Origin: Squalus acanthias
Lineage: Eukaryota
Length of the DNA: 64,000 bases
Assembly (NCBI GenBank): GCA_030390025.1
Contig: CM059432.1
Coordinates: forward strand, 18,602,001 to 18,666,000
Direction of reading: 5' to 3'
Shown: in pieces, positions 25,188 through 38,320 of the stretch
Layout of the letters: every line of letters begins with the position of its first letter
How positions within the stretch are numbered: position 1 is the first letter of the stretch
Program-made: the position numbers and the translations under genes
The notes under the pieces: generated by a model
What the model was told of the DNA's origin: nothing
Seen by the model: only the letters and a program-made list of their open reading frames with translations
The model's database searches: none

Positions 25188-25340
25188 AAATTGCAATTCA
25201 CTTTATGCATGTACGCTCAGCACCCAGCAACAGTGTGGCATTAAACTGTCACAAACAATAATCAACACGGTCCTTTCTCTTCAGCGACCTAGTTTTGTAT
25301 TCATCTTGCAAGACAGAAGTCTCCTCACTCTGATAGCTAA
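25188..25340 (+). CDS. Candidate host-gene exon (NCNSLYACT...RPSFVFILQDRSLLTLIA)
   Basis: Polypyrimidine plus aacag| acceptor, 153 nt open phase 2-2, weak donor AA|gtacca; joins in frame to 25820. Confidence 0.4.
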
Positions 25341-25819
25341 GTACCAAATTAAGATCCTAAGTGAAAGGAGTTGTTGAAGCAGGCATGTGTTTGCTTCACA
25401 AATCTACCCCTAAGTGTTGCCCAATTGGCCTTAATTCACAGCCATTCCACTTCACAAAGATCACAGGAAGATAGGAATGTGGATAACAAGAAAAATCCGA
25501 ATGAATAAGTGACTGCTTTTCAGAGCTTGGAGATTTAGGTGCTTCACACGGTAGTGTAGAGAGACCTCTGCATTAGATTTGCTCCAAGCTATATCTTGCT
25601 TAGTAATGATTGATGCTGCCAGTAGATGCAAAGTGGGAAATTGTTCCAGTCCCCAGAACTGTCATCCTCATCCTGATCAACACGAATGCACAAATAAATA
25701 AGCTGATAAATAACTTTGCAATGAATTAGATTTAGAAAAAAAGTCCATTTGTGATGGAGAATTTCCTCCCATTTACTGCTGGTGGAAGTTAACCACTTGG
25801 TGCTGCTGTTTCTCTTCAG

Positions 25820-26044
25820 CCGCATTATTGTTTTGACAAGCCAGCATCAATTCATTAGTCCCTGTTTAACTGGAGACATTGAGCACACCAGCAAATATTT
25901 TACAATTGAAATTTACTTCCCCCCGGGATCCTGTGATGCCTTGTGTTACAGTGAATCCCATCTCAAAAACGATGTGGCCATTCTTCATCCGTCAGTACAC
26001 ACAGAGATTGTCAGTCGCCTCTTCAACAAAGAGAAACATCACAG
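25820..26044 (+). CDS. Probable host-gene exon (RIIVLTSQHQFISPCLTGDIEHTSKYFTIEIYFPPG...EIVSRLFNKEKHH)
   Basis: tgtttctcttcag| acceptor, CAG|gtaagt donor, 225 nt open phase 2-2, non-repetitive protein-like composition; product not recognised. Confidence 0.7.
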
Positions 26045-26117
26045 GTAAGTCTGATCCCAACCTCAGCTGACATCCCTGCACATGCACACTCTAGCAGGAG
26101 TCACTAGATAGCAATTA

Positions 26118-27960
26118 TTCTAGGTATTCTGCGACAAGTGTCTCACCTCCTGACTCCCCAAAGCCTTTCCACCATCTCCAAGGCACAAGTAAGGAGTGTG
26201 ATGGAATACTCTCCACTTGCCTGGATGAGTGCAGCTCCAACAACACTCAAGAAGCTCGACACCATCCAGGACAAAGCAGCCCACTTGATTGGCACCCCAT
26301 CCACCACCTTAAACATTTACTCCCTTCACCACCGGCGTACCGTGGCTGCAGTGTGTACCATCTACAAGATGCACTGCAGCAACTTGCCAAGGCTACTTAG
26401 GCAGCACCTCCCAAACCCGCGACCTCTTCCACCTAGAAGGACAAGGGCAGCAGGTGCATGGGAACAGCAGCACCTCCAAGCTCCCCTCGAAGTCAGACAC
26501 CATCCTGACTTAGAAGTATATCGCCGATCCTTCATCGTCGCTGGGTCAAAATCCTGGAACTCCCTACCTAACAGCACTGTGGGAGTACCTTCACCACACG
26601 GACTGCAGCGGTTCAACATAGAAACATAGAAGATAGGAGCAGGAGTAGGCCATTCGGCCCCTCGAGCCTGTTCTGCCATTTAATGAGATCATGGCTGATC
26701 ATCCAAATTCAGTACCCTGTCCCTGCTTTCTCCCCATATCCCTTGATCCCTTCAGCCTTAAGAAATATATCTAACTCCTTCTTGAATATATTTAATGAAT
26801 TGGCCTCAACTGCCTTCTGTGGTAGAGAATTCCACAGGTTCACCACTCTCTGGGTGAAGAAATTCCTCCTCATCTCTGTCCTAAATGGCTTACCCCTTAT
26901 CTTTAGACTGTGACCCCTGGTTCTGGACTCCCCCGCCATCGGGAACATCCTTCCTGCATCTAGTCTGTCTAGTCCTGTTAGAATTTTATAAGTTTCAATG
27001 AGATCCCCTCTCATTCTTCTAAACTCTAGCGAATATAAGCCTAATCGACCCAATCTCTCTTCATACTTCATTCCTGCCATCCCAGGTATCAGTCTGGTGA
27101 ATCTTCGCTGCACTCCCTCCATGGCAAGAACATCCTTCCTCAGATAAGGCGACCAAAACTGCACACAATACTCAAGGTGTGGTCTCACCAAGGCCCTGTA
27201 CAACTGCAGCAAGACATCCTTGCTCCTGTACTCGAATCCTCTCGCTATGAAGGCCAACATACCATTTGCCTTCTTAACCGCTGCTGCACCTGCATGCTTA
27301 CCTTCAGCGACTGGTGCACAAGGACACCCAGGTCTCATTGCACTTCCCCTTTTCCCAATCTATTGCTGTTCAGATAATAATCTGTCTTCCTGTTTTGGCC
27401 ACCAAAGCGGATAACCTTGCATTTATCCACATTATACTGCATCTGCCATGCATCTGCCCAATCACCCAACTTGTCCAAATCATACTGGAGTTTCTCTGCA
27501 TCCTCCTCACAGCACACACGCCCACCCAGCTTTGTGTCGTCTGCAAACTTGGAGATATTACATCTAGTTCCCTCGTCTATATCATTAATATATATTGTGA
27601 GTAGCTGGGGTCCTAGCACCGATCCCTGCGGTACCCCACTAGTCACTGTCTGCCACTCGGAAAAAGACCCATTTATTCCAACTCTTTGTTTCCTGTCTGC
27701 CAATCAGTTCTCTATCCAAGTCAGTACCTTACCCCCAATCCCATGTGTTTTAACTTTGCACGCTAATCTCTTATGCGGGACCTTATCGAAAGCCTTCTGA
27801 AAGTCCAAATACACCACATCCACTGGTTCTCCCTTATCTATTCTACCAGTTACATCCTCAAAAGTGGCTCACCAACACCTTCTCAAGGGCAACTAGGGAT
27901 GGGCAATAAATGCTGGCCTTGCCAGTGACGCCCAGATCCCATAAACTAATTTTAAAAAAG
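26118..27960 (+). mobile_element. 3' fragment of the CR1-group LINE family seen at 50803-55376, interrupted by a CR1
   Basis: QVRSVMEYSPLAWMSAAPTTLKKLDTIQDKAA nearly identical to ORF 54858; 3' end gggcaactagggatgggcaataaatgctggcc at ~27887. Confidence 0.9.
26617..27862 (-). mobile_element. CR1 LINE 3' portion
   Basis: ORFs 27335-27703 and 26709-27338 with RT and C-terminal motifs; same 3' subfamily as 48551-49101. Confidence 0.95.
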
Positions 27961-29503
27961 GTGCCATGTGCCCTCAGCGCCACCTCACCGGGACAGTGAT
28001 CCTGGCTGATTTTTCATTCCCCTAACCTATGGTATGGAGAGCCATTGTAGCACCCTTAATGCCAGCCCGGATGGGGTCAGTTAACTTAGCACACACCGAG
28101 AACCAGGAGCCCCCCACCTGACTGGGAGCCTAGCTGACTTCCGGGCGGGGATGCTGTTGAAAAAAAAAGACCCAGGCTGTCAAAATTCCACAGCTTGCAG
28201 GGACCCGACCAGAACTGCTCCACCCTGCTTGGAAAAATCCGCCCCTGTCAATATAAGGGCCCATGTGACAGAATTAAACCTCTTGATTGGGCATTAATGT
28301 TTCTGTACTTCAAGTGGGATTATCTCAGTACAAATTAAGATGTGTAAAGTCATGATTTAGTCATCCTTAATTCAGAAGATTGGAGAGGATTTCCAAAAAA
28401 AGTGCTTAAATGGTTTCGAGAAAGGATAGAAGGTTAACAGAAGATGTAAGCAACTTTGGAAGCAGTCCGCTAAAAAGCACGGAGAGAAGTTGAATGATTT
28501 AGAAAGGTTAAGGGGGTAATTTTAATGCTGCGTGCTTCATATTGTATCATCAATTTGAATTTAACGGCTGTGGGCTGGGTTTCCCAGGGCTCGGGACACC
28601 CGGCAGCTGAAGGGAGGCAGGAGCTGCCAGATCCAGCAGTTAAGTATATTTTTCAGCACTGCTTGTGGGCTAGGATGAGTAGGGGTGCTTCCCCCGGCCC
28701 CTCAAGCAGGCAAACCTATGTGATCAGCCTCCCTCCCCACGATCTTCAGACCCCCGACCCCCGCCATCTCTTGGACTTCCTTCCCCATGATCTCTCCCTT
28801 CGCGATCCCTCCCTCCCTCTCCGCTGCTTCCCCCACCCCACCCCCCCCGCCCCCATGATCCCACCTCCACCTGGCGATTTCCCCAGTCTGGCCGGCTTCT
28901 GGCCAGGAGACGGAATTTAAAAATTTGAAATTCGGCGGGACGGTACCCCGAATGGGTGCTATTTTCCTTTTTACTTGTGCCCAGATCATCACCATCAGAT
29001 CTATCTAGGAACCTGAAGCATACCTTCGACATGTTTGAAGTGTAATCAGAGATGATTCTGGTGGATGAATGACCACATTTCAATGCCTTTCAGATGGAGT
29101 CCTGGGAAAGTACATTGATGTCATCAGCCAAGTCTGTAGAGAAAAAAGGGCTAGAAATTCATTATAGCCAAGAAATGGGCAGTGTTTAGACTAAAAATGG
29201 TTAATTAGCGGCAGTTGGAAATTGTCTAGGCTGCACGCCAAATTCGTGCTCACTCCTCATTAAAATGATTGCAGTCATGATTCTCATCTAAAAACCCAAG
29301 CTCATTGGCGTTACACTGAAAAGATGGACCAATATCGGGGGCAGTCTAAACGCATGTAGTGATTGCCACAGGCTTTTTTCACTACTTAAAGGGGAGGTTC
29401 ATTGATGCTGCAGCACCTCATTCTCAGCATTGTTGGATGTGCAGCTGCCTCACCCACCACAAGAAGAAGGACAAGGAGAAGGAGCACTTATTTACAAATC
29501 CTG

Positions 29504-29746
29504 ATGGCAGATTGCCGCTCCAGGGAGAGAGCCTGGAGGATTTCTGATGAAGCTTTCAAAGCATTGGTTTTAGCGATGGAGGGAAGGCGGGCAGTCCTGT
29601 ATCCGTCAACTGGCAGGAGGCCCTCGCCACAAGTCTGCCGGACTATGTGGAGGGAGGTGGCACACCACATCATGGGCAGCACTGTGGTCCCCAGGACCCA
29701 CACACAGTGCAGGAAGAAGTTTAACGAGCTCACACGGGTGGTCAGG
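29504..29746 (+). CDS. Harbinger Myb/SANT-like DNA-binding protein exon 1 (81 codons, open)
   Basis: RERAWRISDEAFKALV...RRAVLYP...MWREVA...RTHTQCRKKFNELTR followed by AGG|gtgagt. Confidence 0.75.
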
Positions 29747-30185
29747 GTGAGTGAAGGTTTCAACAAATGTTACATACCACCATCTCTACCACAAGCTTCA
29801 CACACTGCTCAATGCACCACATCCCAGCACTCACCCACCAACAATCTCTGCCTAGCAACACTCACACCCACATCTCACACCTTGCACAGAATGACAGCTA
29901 TTCAACTATGACAGGCACAACAGTCATTAGTTATTAGAATTCATGTGATATGTTTATACATATTAATTCTGTTTGGAATATTGTGTGGTCTCTCTCATTT
30001 CAGCTTTGTGCCCAGGGAGATGCTGTGATATGGCATGAGACAGGGATTGTATAATGGGGATGTGGTGAACTACGGGGATTTGGGGTTTCATTCGACACAA
30101 ATTGGAGTCTGATGAGCAGGTCACGGACAGTCGGTACGGAAGGCTTATTGTCTCACTGCCTCCGCCCTCCCTCCTGTTTCTCCCC

Positions 30186-32626
30186 ATCCTCGCCCTCATC
30201 CTCCTCCTCCTCATCCTCCACCTCCTCGTCCTCCTCCTCACCCTCCTCGCCCTCATCCTCCACCTCCTCATCCTACACCTCCTCGTCCTCCTCCTCCTCA
30301 TCCTCCATCCTCCTCGTCCTCCTCCTCCTCATCCTCCTCCTCCTCGTCCTCCTCCTCCTCGTCCTCCTCCTCCTCGCCTCCTCCTCCTCATCCTCCACCT
30401 CCTCGTCCTCCTCCTCCTCATCCTCCACCTCCTCGTCCTCCTCCTCATCCTCCTCGCCCTCATCCTCCACCTCCTCATCCTCCACCTCCTCGTCCTCCTC
30501 CTCCTCATCCTCCACCTCCTCGTCCTCCACCGCCTCATCCTCCTCCTCCTCGTCCTCCACCTCCTCGTCCTCCTCATCCTCCACCTCATCCTCGTCCTCA
30601 TCCTCCTCATCCTCCTCCTCCTCGTCCTCCTCCTCCTCGTCCTCCTCGTCCTCGTCCTCCACCTCCTCGTCCTCCTCGTCCTCCTCATCCTCCTCCTCCT
30701 CATCCTCCTCGTCCTCCTCCTCCTCATCCTCCTCGTCCTCCACCTCCTCATCCTCCTCGTCCTCCTCCTCCTCATCCTCCTCGTCCTCCTCCTCCTCATC
30801 CTCCACCTCCTCGTCCTCCTCCTCCTCATCCTCCACATCCTCCTCCTCCTCCTCCTCCTCCTCCTCATCCTCCACCTCCTCCTCCACCTCATCCTCCTCC
30901 TGCTCCTCATCCTCCTCGTCCTCCTCCTCCTCGTCCTCCTCCTCCTGCTCCTCATCCTCCTCATCCTCCTCCTCCTCCTCCTCATCCTCCTCATCCTCCT
31001 CCTCCTCGTCCTCCACCTCCTCCTCCTCCTCCTCATCCTCCACCTCCTCCTCCTCCTCATCCTCCACCTCCTCGTCCTCCTCCTCCTTGTCCTCCTCCTC
31101 CTCATCCTCCTCCTCCTCGTCCTCCTCCTCCTCGTCCTCCTCCTCCTCATCCTCCACCTCATCCTCCTCCTCCTCCTCGTCCTCCTCGTCCTCCTCCTCC
31201 TCATCCTCCTCATCCTCCTCCTCCTCATCCTCCACCTCCTCCTCCACCTCATCCTCCTCCTCCTCCTCCTCATCCTCCTCCTCCTCCTCCTCCTCATCCT
31301 CATCCTCCACCTCATCCTCCTCCTCCTCCTCCTCATCCTCCACCTCCTCCTCCACCTCATCCTCCTCCTCCTCGTCCTCCTCCTCCTCGTCCTCCACCTC
31401 ATTCTCCTCCTCCTCGTCCTCCTCATCCTCCTCCTCCTCGTCCTCCTCCTCCTCCTCATCCTCCTCCTCCTCGTCCTCCTCCTCCTCATCCTCCTCGTCC
31501 TCCTCCTCCTCCTCATCCTCCTCCTCCTCGTCCTCCTCCTCCTCCTCCTCATCCTCCTCCTCCTCATCCTCCTCCTCCTCCTCCTCCTCCTCCTCATCCT
31601 CCTCCTCCTCCTCCTCCTCCTCCTCGTCCTCCTCCTCCTCCTCTTCATCCTCCTCCTCATCCTCCTCATCCTCCTCCTCCTCGTCCTCCTCATCCTCCTC
31701 CTCCTCCTCCTCCTCGTCCTCCTCCTCATCCTCGTCCTCCTCATCCTCCTCATCCTCCTCGTCCTCATCCTCCTCATCCTCCTCCTCCTCGTCCTCATCC
31801 TCCTCCTCCTCATCCTCATCCTCCTCCTCCACCTCCTCCTCCTCCTCCTCCTCGTCCTCCTCCTCGTCCTCCTCCTTGTCCTCCTCCTCCTCCTCGTCCT
31901 CCTCCTCGTCCTCCTCCTCGTCCTCCTCCTCCTCCTCCTCATCCTCATCCTCCTCCTCCTCCTCCTCCTCCTCCTCGTCTTCCTCCTCCTCCTCGTCCTC
32001 CTCCTCCTCCTCCTCGTCCTCGTCCTCGTCCTCCACCTCCTCCTCCTCCTCCTCCTCCTCATCCTCCTCCTCCTCCTCATCCTCCTCGTCCTCCTCCTCC
32101 TCAACCTCCTCGTCCTCCACCTCCTCATCCTCCTCGTCCTCCTCCTCCTCATCCTCCTCGTCCTCCTCCTCCTCATCCTCCACCTCCTCGTCCTCCTCAT
32201 CCTCCTCATCCTCCTCCTCCTCCTCCTCATCCTCCACCTCCTCCTCCACCTCATCCTCCTCCTGCTCCTCATCCTCCTCGTCCTCCTCCTCCTCGTCCTC
32301 CTCCTCCTGCTCCTCATCCTCCTCATCCTCCTCCTCCTCCTCCTCCTCATCCTCCTCGTCCTCCTCCTCCTCGTCCTCCACTTCCTCCTCCTCCTCCTCC
32401 TCATCCTCCACCTCCTCCTCCTCCTCGCCCTCCACCTCCTCGTCCTCCTCCTGCTTGTCCTCCTCCTCCTCATCCTCCACCTCCTCGTCCTCCTCCTCCT
32501 CGTCCTCCTCCTCCTCGTCCTCCTCCTCCTCATCCTCCTCCTCCTCATCCTCCTCCTCCTCATCCTCCTCCTCCTCCTCGTCCTCCTCCTCCTCATCCTC
32601 CTCCTCCTCCTCCTCGTCCTCCTCGT
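30186..32626. repeat. Interrupted (TCC)n array, left block (TCA-rich variants)
   Basis: Directly visible; the minus strand reads as E/D/V codons. Confidence 0.99.
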
Positions 32627-35600
32627 CATAGACATAGACATAGAACAGTACAGCACAGTACAGGCCCTTCGGCCCTCGATGTTGTGCCGAGCATTGTCCG
32701 AGACCAAGATCAAGCTATCACACTCCCTATCACTCTGGTGTGCTCCATGTGCTTATCCAATAACCGCTTGAAAGTTCCTAAAGTGTCCGACTCCACTATC
32801 ACAGCAGGCAGTCCATTCCACACCCCAACCACTCTCTGAGTAAACAATCTACCTCGGACATCCCTTCTATATCTCCCCCCATGCACCTTATAGTTATGCC
32901 CCCTTGTAACAGCTGCCTCTACCCGAGGAAATAGTCTCTGAACATCCACTCTATCTATCCCCCTCATCATCTTATAAACCTCTATTAAGTCGCCTCTCAT
33001 CCTCCTCCGCTCTAAAGAGAAAAGCCCCAACTCCCTCAATCTTTCCTCATAAGACCTCCCCCACAAACCAGGCAGCATCCTGATAAATCTCCTTTGCACT
33101 CTTTCCAATGCTTCCACGTCCTTCCTATAGTGAGGTGACCAGAACTGCACACAATATTCCAAATGTGGTCTCACCAAGGTCCTGTACAGTTGCAGCATAA
33201 CCTCACGGTTCTTAAACTCAAACCCTCTGTTAATAAACGCCAACACACCATAGGCCTTCTTTACTGCTCTATCCACTTGAGTGGCAACCTTCAGAGATCT
33301 GTGGATATGAACCCCCAGATCCCTCTGCTCCTCCACGTTCCTCAGAACCCTGCCGTTGACCCTGTAATCCTTATTCAAATTTGCCCTACCAAAATGAATC
33401 ACCTCGCACTTATCAGGGTTAAATTCCATCTGCCATTTTTCGGCCCAGCTCTGCATCCTATCAATGTCTCTTTGCAGCCTACAACTGCCCTCCACCTCAT
33501 CCACTACTCCACCAATCTTGGTGTCATCAGCAAATTTACTGATCCACCCTTCAGTCCCCTCCTCCAAGTCATTGATAAAAATCACAAACAGCAGAGGACC
33601 CAGCACCGACCCCTGTGGCACACCGCTGGTAACTGGTCTCCAGTCCGAAAATGTTCCATCCACCACCACCCTCTGCCTTCTATGAGATAGCCAGTTACTT
33701 ATCCAATCGGCCAAATTTCCCTCTATCCCACAACTCCTTACTTTCTTCATGAGACGACCATGGGGAACCTTATCAAACGCCTTACTAAAATCCATGTATA
33801 CGACATCAACTGCTCTACACACTTAGTTACCTCCTCAAAGAATTCAATCAAATTTGTTAGGCAAGACTTACCCTTCACGAATCCGTGTTGACTATCCCTG
33901 ATTAAGTTGCCCCTTTCCAAATGGTCATAAATCCTATCCCTCAGGACCTTTTCCATTATCTTACCAACCACCGAAGTAAGACTAACCGGCCTATAATTAC
34001 CAGGGTCATTCCTATTTCCTTTCTTGAAGAGAGGAACAACATTCGCCACTCTCCAGTCCTCTGGCACCATCCCCGTGGACAGTGAGGACCCAAAGATCAA
34101 AGCCAGAGGCTCTGCAATCTCCTCCCTTGCCTCCCAAAGAATCCTAGGATATATCCCATCTGGCCCAGGGGACTTATCGACCCTCAGGTTCTTCAAAATT
34201 GCTAAAACATCTTCCCTCAGAACATCTACCACCTCCAGCCTATCCACCTTTATCACACTCTCATCCTCAAGAACATGGCCCCTCTCCTCGGTGAACACTG
34301 ACGAAAAGTATTCATTCATCACCTCTCCTATCTCTTCTGACTCCATGCACAAGTTCCCACTACTGTCCTTGACCGGCCCTACCCTCACCCTGGTCATTCT
34401 TTTATTTCTCACATAAGAGTAAAAAGCCTTGGGGTTTTTCTTGATCCGACCCGCCAAGGACTTCTCATGCCCCCTCCTAGCTCTCCTAAGCTCTTTTTTT
34501 AGCTCATTCCTTGCTACCTTGTACCCCTCAATCGACCCAAATGAACCTTGTTTTCTCATCCTTACATACGCTTCCTTTTTCCTCTTGACTAGACATTCAA
34601 CCTCTTTTGTGAACCATGGTTCTCTCACTCGGCCATTTCCTCCCTGCCTGACAGGGACATACCTATCAAGGACACGCAGTAATTGCTCCATGAAAAAGCT
34701 CCACTTTTCGTTTGTGCCTTTCCCTGATAGTTTCTGTTCCCATCTTATACTCCCTAATTCTTGCCTAATCGCATCATAATTACCCCTCCCCCAATTATAA
34801 ACCCTGCCCTGCCGTATGGCCCTATCCCTCTCCATTGCAATAGTGAAAGTTACCGAATTGTGGTCACTATCTCCAAAGTGCTCTCCCACATACAAATCAA
34901 ACATTTGGCCCGGTTCATTACCCAGTACCAAATCCAACGTGGCCCCACCTCTTGTCGGCCTATCCACATATTGTGTCAGGAAACCCTCCTGCACACACTG
35001 TGCAAAAACTATCCCATCCGAACTGTTTGACCTATAAAGGTTCCAATCAATATTTGGAAAGTTGAAGTCACCCATGACAACTACTCTGTGACCTCCACAC
35101 CTATTCATAATCTGCTTTGCAATTTCTTCCTCCACATCTTTATTACTATTTGGGGGCCTGTAGAAAACTCCTAACAACGTGACCGCTCCTTTCCTATTTT
35201 TAACTTCAGCCCATATTACCTCAGACGGCAGATCCCCCTCGAACTGCCTTTCTGCCGCTGTTAAACTATCCTTGATTAACAGTGCTACTCCTCCACCTTT
35301 CTTACCAACTTCCCTACTCTTACTGAAACATCTATACCCCGGAACTTCCAACAACCATTCCTGTCCCTGTTCTAACCATGTCTCCGTAATGGCCACCACA
35401 TCGTAGTCCCAAGTACCAATCCACGCTCCAAGTTCTCCTACCTTATTCCGGATGCTCCTTGCATTGAAGTAGACACACTTCAAGCCATCTTCCTGTCTGC
35501 CGGTACATTCCTGCGACCTTGATACCCTCCTCAGTACCTCCCTACACTCACCACTGGCTCCTGGACTACAGCCCTTTTTCCCATCCCCCTGACAAATTAG

Positions 35601-35703
35601 TTTAAACCCCCCCGAAGAGCCGTAGCAAATTTCTCTCCCAGGATATTGGTGCCCCTCTGGTTCAGGTGCAAACCATCCTGTTTGTACAGATCCCACCTTC
35701 CCC
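32627..35703 (-). mobile_element. Young CR1 LINE: ORF1 tail plus near-intact ORF2 (APE endonuclease + RT), one frameshift
   Basis: ORF1 end GRWDLYKQDGLHLN...GGLN*; ORF2 YFNARS, ITETW, GDFNFP, LDLVL, SDH, QHGF, YMDFSKAFD, KFADD; (tctatg)n tail at 32627-32645. Confidence 0.98.
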
Positions 35704-38287
35704 GTCCTCCTCCTTCTCGTCCTCCTCCTCCTCGTCCTCCTCCTCCTCCTCCTCCTCATCCTCCACCTCCTCCTCCACCTCATCCTCCTCCTCCTCCTCA
35801 TCCTCCTCCTGCTCCTCATCCTCCTCCTCCTCGTCCTCCTCCTCATCCTCCTCCTCCTCCTCCTCATCCTCCACCTCCTCCTCCACCTCATCCTCCTCCT
35901 CCTCCTCCTCGTCCTCCTCCTCCTCGTCCTCCACCTCATCCTCCTCCTCCTCCTCGTCCTCCTCATCCTCCTCCTCCTCCTCCTCCTCGTCCTCCTCCTC
36001 CTCCTCATCCTCCTCCTCCTCCTCCTCCTCATCCTCCTCCTCCTCGTCCTCCTCCTCCTCCTCGTCCTCCTCCTCCTCATCCTCCTCATCTTCCTCATCC
36101 TCCTCCTCCTCCTCATCTTCCTCCTCCTCATCCTCCTCCTCCTTATCCTCCTCATCCTCCTCCTCCTCCTCCTCCTCGTCCTCCTCCTCCTCCTCCTCAT
36201 CCTCCTCATCCTCCTCCTCCTCCTCATCTTCCTCCTCCTCATCCTCCTCCTCCTTATCCTCCTCATCCTCCTCCTCCTCCTCCTCCTCGTCCTCCTCCTC
36301 CTCCTCCTCATCCTCCTCGTCCTCCTCCTCCTCCTCGTCCTCCTCGTCCTCGTCCTCGTCCTCCTCCTCCTCATCCTCCTTCTCCTCGTCCTCCTCGTCC
36401 TCCTCGTCCTCCTCCTCCTCATCCTCCTCATCCTCCTCCTCCTCGTCCTCCTCGTCCTCATCCTCCTCCTCCTCCTCGTCCTCCTCCTCATCCTCCTCCT
36501 CCTCGTCCTCCTCCTCGTCCTCCTCCTCCTCGTCCTCCTCCTCCTCCTCCTCCTCCTCATCCTCCTCCTCCTCCTCCTCCTCCTCCTCATCCTCCTCCTC
36601 CTCCTCCTCCTCGTCCTCCTCCTCCTCGTCTTCCTCCTCCTCCTCGTCCTCCTCCTCCTCCTCCTCCTCCTCCTCCTCCTCCTCCTCGTCCTGCTCATCC
36701 TCCTCCTCCTCGTCCTCCTCCTCCTCCTCCTCCACCTCCTCCTCCTCGTCCTCCTCTTCCTCGTCCTCCTCCTCCTCGTCCTCCTCGTCCTCCTCCTCGT
36801 CCTCCTCCTCCTCGTCCTCGTCGTCCTCATCCTCCTCCTCCTCGTCCTCCTCCTCCTCATCCTCCTCGTCCTCCTCCTCCTCCTCCTCGTCCTCCTCCTC
36901 CTCGTCCTCCTCGTCCTCCTCCTCGTCCTCCTCCTCCTCGTCCTCGTCGTCCTCATCCTCCTCCTCCTCGTCCTCCTCCTCCTCCTCCTCCTCCTCGTCC
37001 TCCTCGTCCTCCTCCTCCTCGTCCTCCTCCTCCTCCTCCTCCACTTCCTCCTCTTCCTCCTCCTCCTCGTCCTCCTCCTCCTCCTCCTCTTCCTCCTCCT
37101 CCTCCTCCTCCTCGTCCTCCTCCTCCTGCTCATCCTCCTCCTCCTCCTCCTCCTCCTCCACCTCCTCGTCCTCCTCCTCCTCCTCCTCCACCTCCTCGTC
37201 CTCCACCTCCTCCTCCTCCTCGTCCTCCTTCTCGTCCACCTCGTCCTCCTCCTCCTCCTCGTCCTCCTCCTCCTCCTCGTCCTCCTCCACCTCCTCCTCC
37301 TCCACCTCCTCCACCTCCTCGTCCTCCTCCTCGTCCTCGTCCTCCTCCTCCACCACCTCCTCGTCCTCGTCCTCCTCCTCGTCCTCATCCTCCTCGTCCT
37401 CCACCTCCTCGTCCTCCACCTCCTCGTCCTCCTCCTCCTCGTCCTCCTCCTCCTCGTCCTCCACCTCCTCGTCCTCCACCTGCTCGTCCTCCTCCTCCTC
37501 GTCCTCCTCCTCCTCGTCCTCCTCCTCCTCGTCCTCCACCTCCTCGTCCTCCACCTCCTCGTCCTCCTCCTCCTCGTCCTCCACCTCCTCGTCCTCCTCC
37601 TCCTCGTCCTCCTCCTCCTCGTCCTCGTCCTCCTCCTCCTCGTCATCCACCTCCTCGTCCTCCTCCTCCTCGTCCTCCTCCTCCTCGTCCTCCACCTCCT
37701 CGTCCTCCTCCTCCTCGTCCTCCTCCTCCTCGTCCTCCTCCTCCTCGTCCTCCACCTACTCGACCTCCACCTCCTCCTCCTCCTCCTCCTCCACCTCCTC
37801 CTCCTCCACCTCCTCCTCCACCTCCTCCTCCACCTCCTCGTCCTCATCCTCCTCGTCCTCCACCTCCTTGTCCTCCTCCTCCTCTTCCTCCACCTCATCC
37901 TCATCCACTTCCTCGTCCTCCTCCTCCTCGTCCTCCTCCTCCTCGTCCTCCACCTCCTCGTCCTCCTCCTCCTCGTCCTCCTCCTCCTCCTGCTCCTCAT
38001 CCTCCACCTCCTCCTCCACCTCATCCTCCTCCTCCTCCTCATCCTCCTCCTCCTCGTCCTCCTCCTCATCCTCCTCCTCCTCCTCCTCATCCTCCACCTC
38101 CTCCTCCACCTCATCCTCCTCCTCCTCCTCCTACTCCTCCTCGTCCTCCACCTCATCCTCCTCCTCCTCCTCGTCCTCCTCATCCTCCTCCTCCTCGTCC
38201 TCCTCCTCCTCCTCATCCTCCTCCTCCTCCTCCTCCTCCTCCTCGTCCTCCTCCTCCTCCTCGTCCTCCTCCTCCTCATCCTCCTCA

Positions 38288-38320
<33 letters not shown>

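Larger units (their letters stand above)
26052..28110 (-). mobile_element. LF-SINE-like element split by a LINE (halves ~26052-26115 and ~27993-28110)
   Basis: gcacactctagcaggagtcactagatagc ... cctggctgatttttc...ccattgtagcaccc...ttaacttagcacacacc resemble the recalled LF-SINE reverse complement. Confidence 0.55.

Noticed and set aside
23168..26044. Naming the host gene (faint GREB1-like impression)
   Set aside because: Only a few short residue runs resemble recalled sequence; not enough for a symbol.
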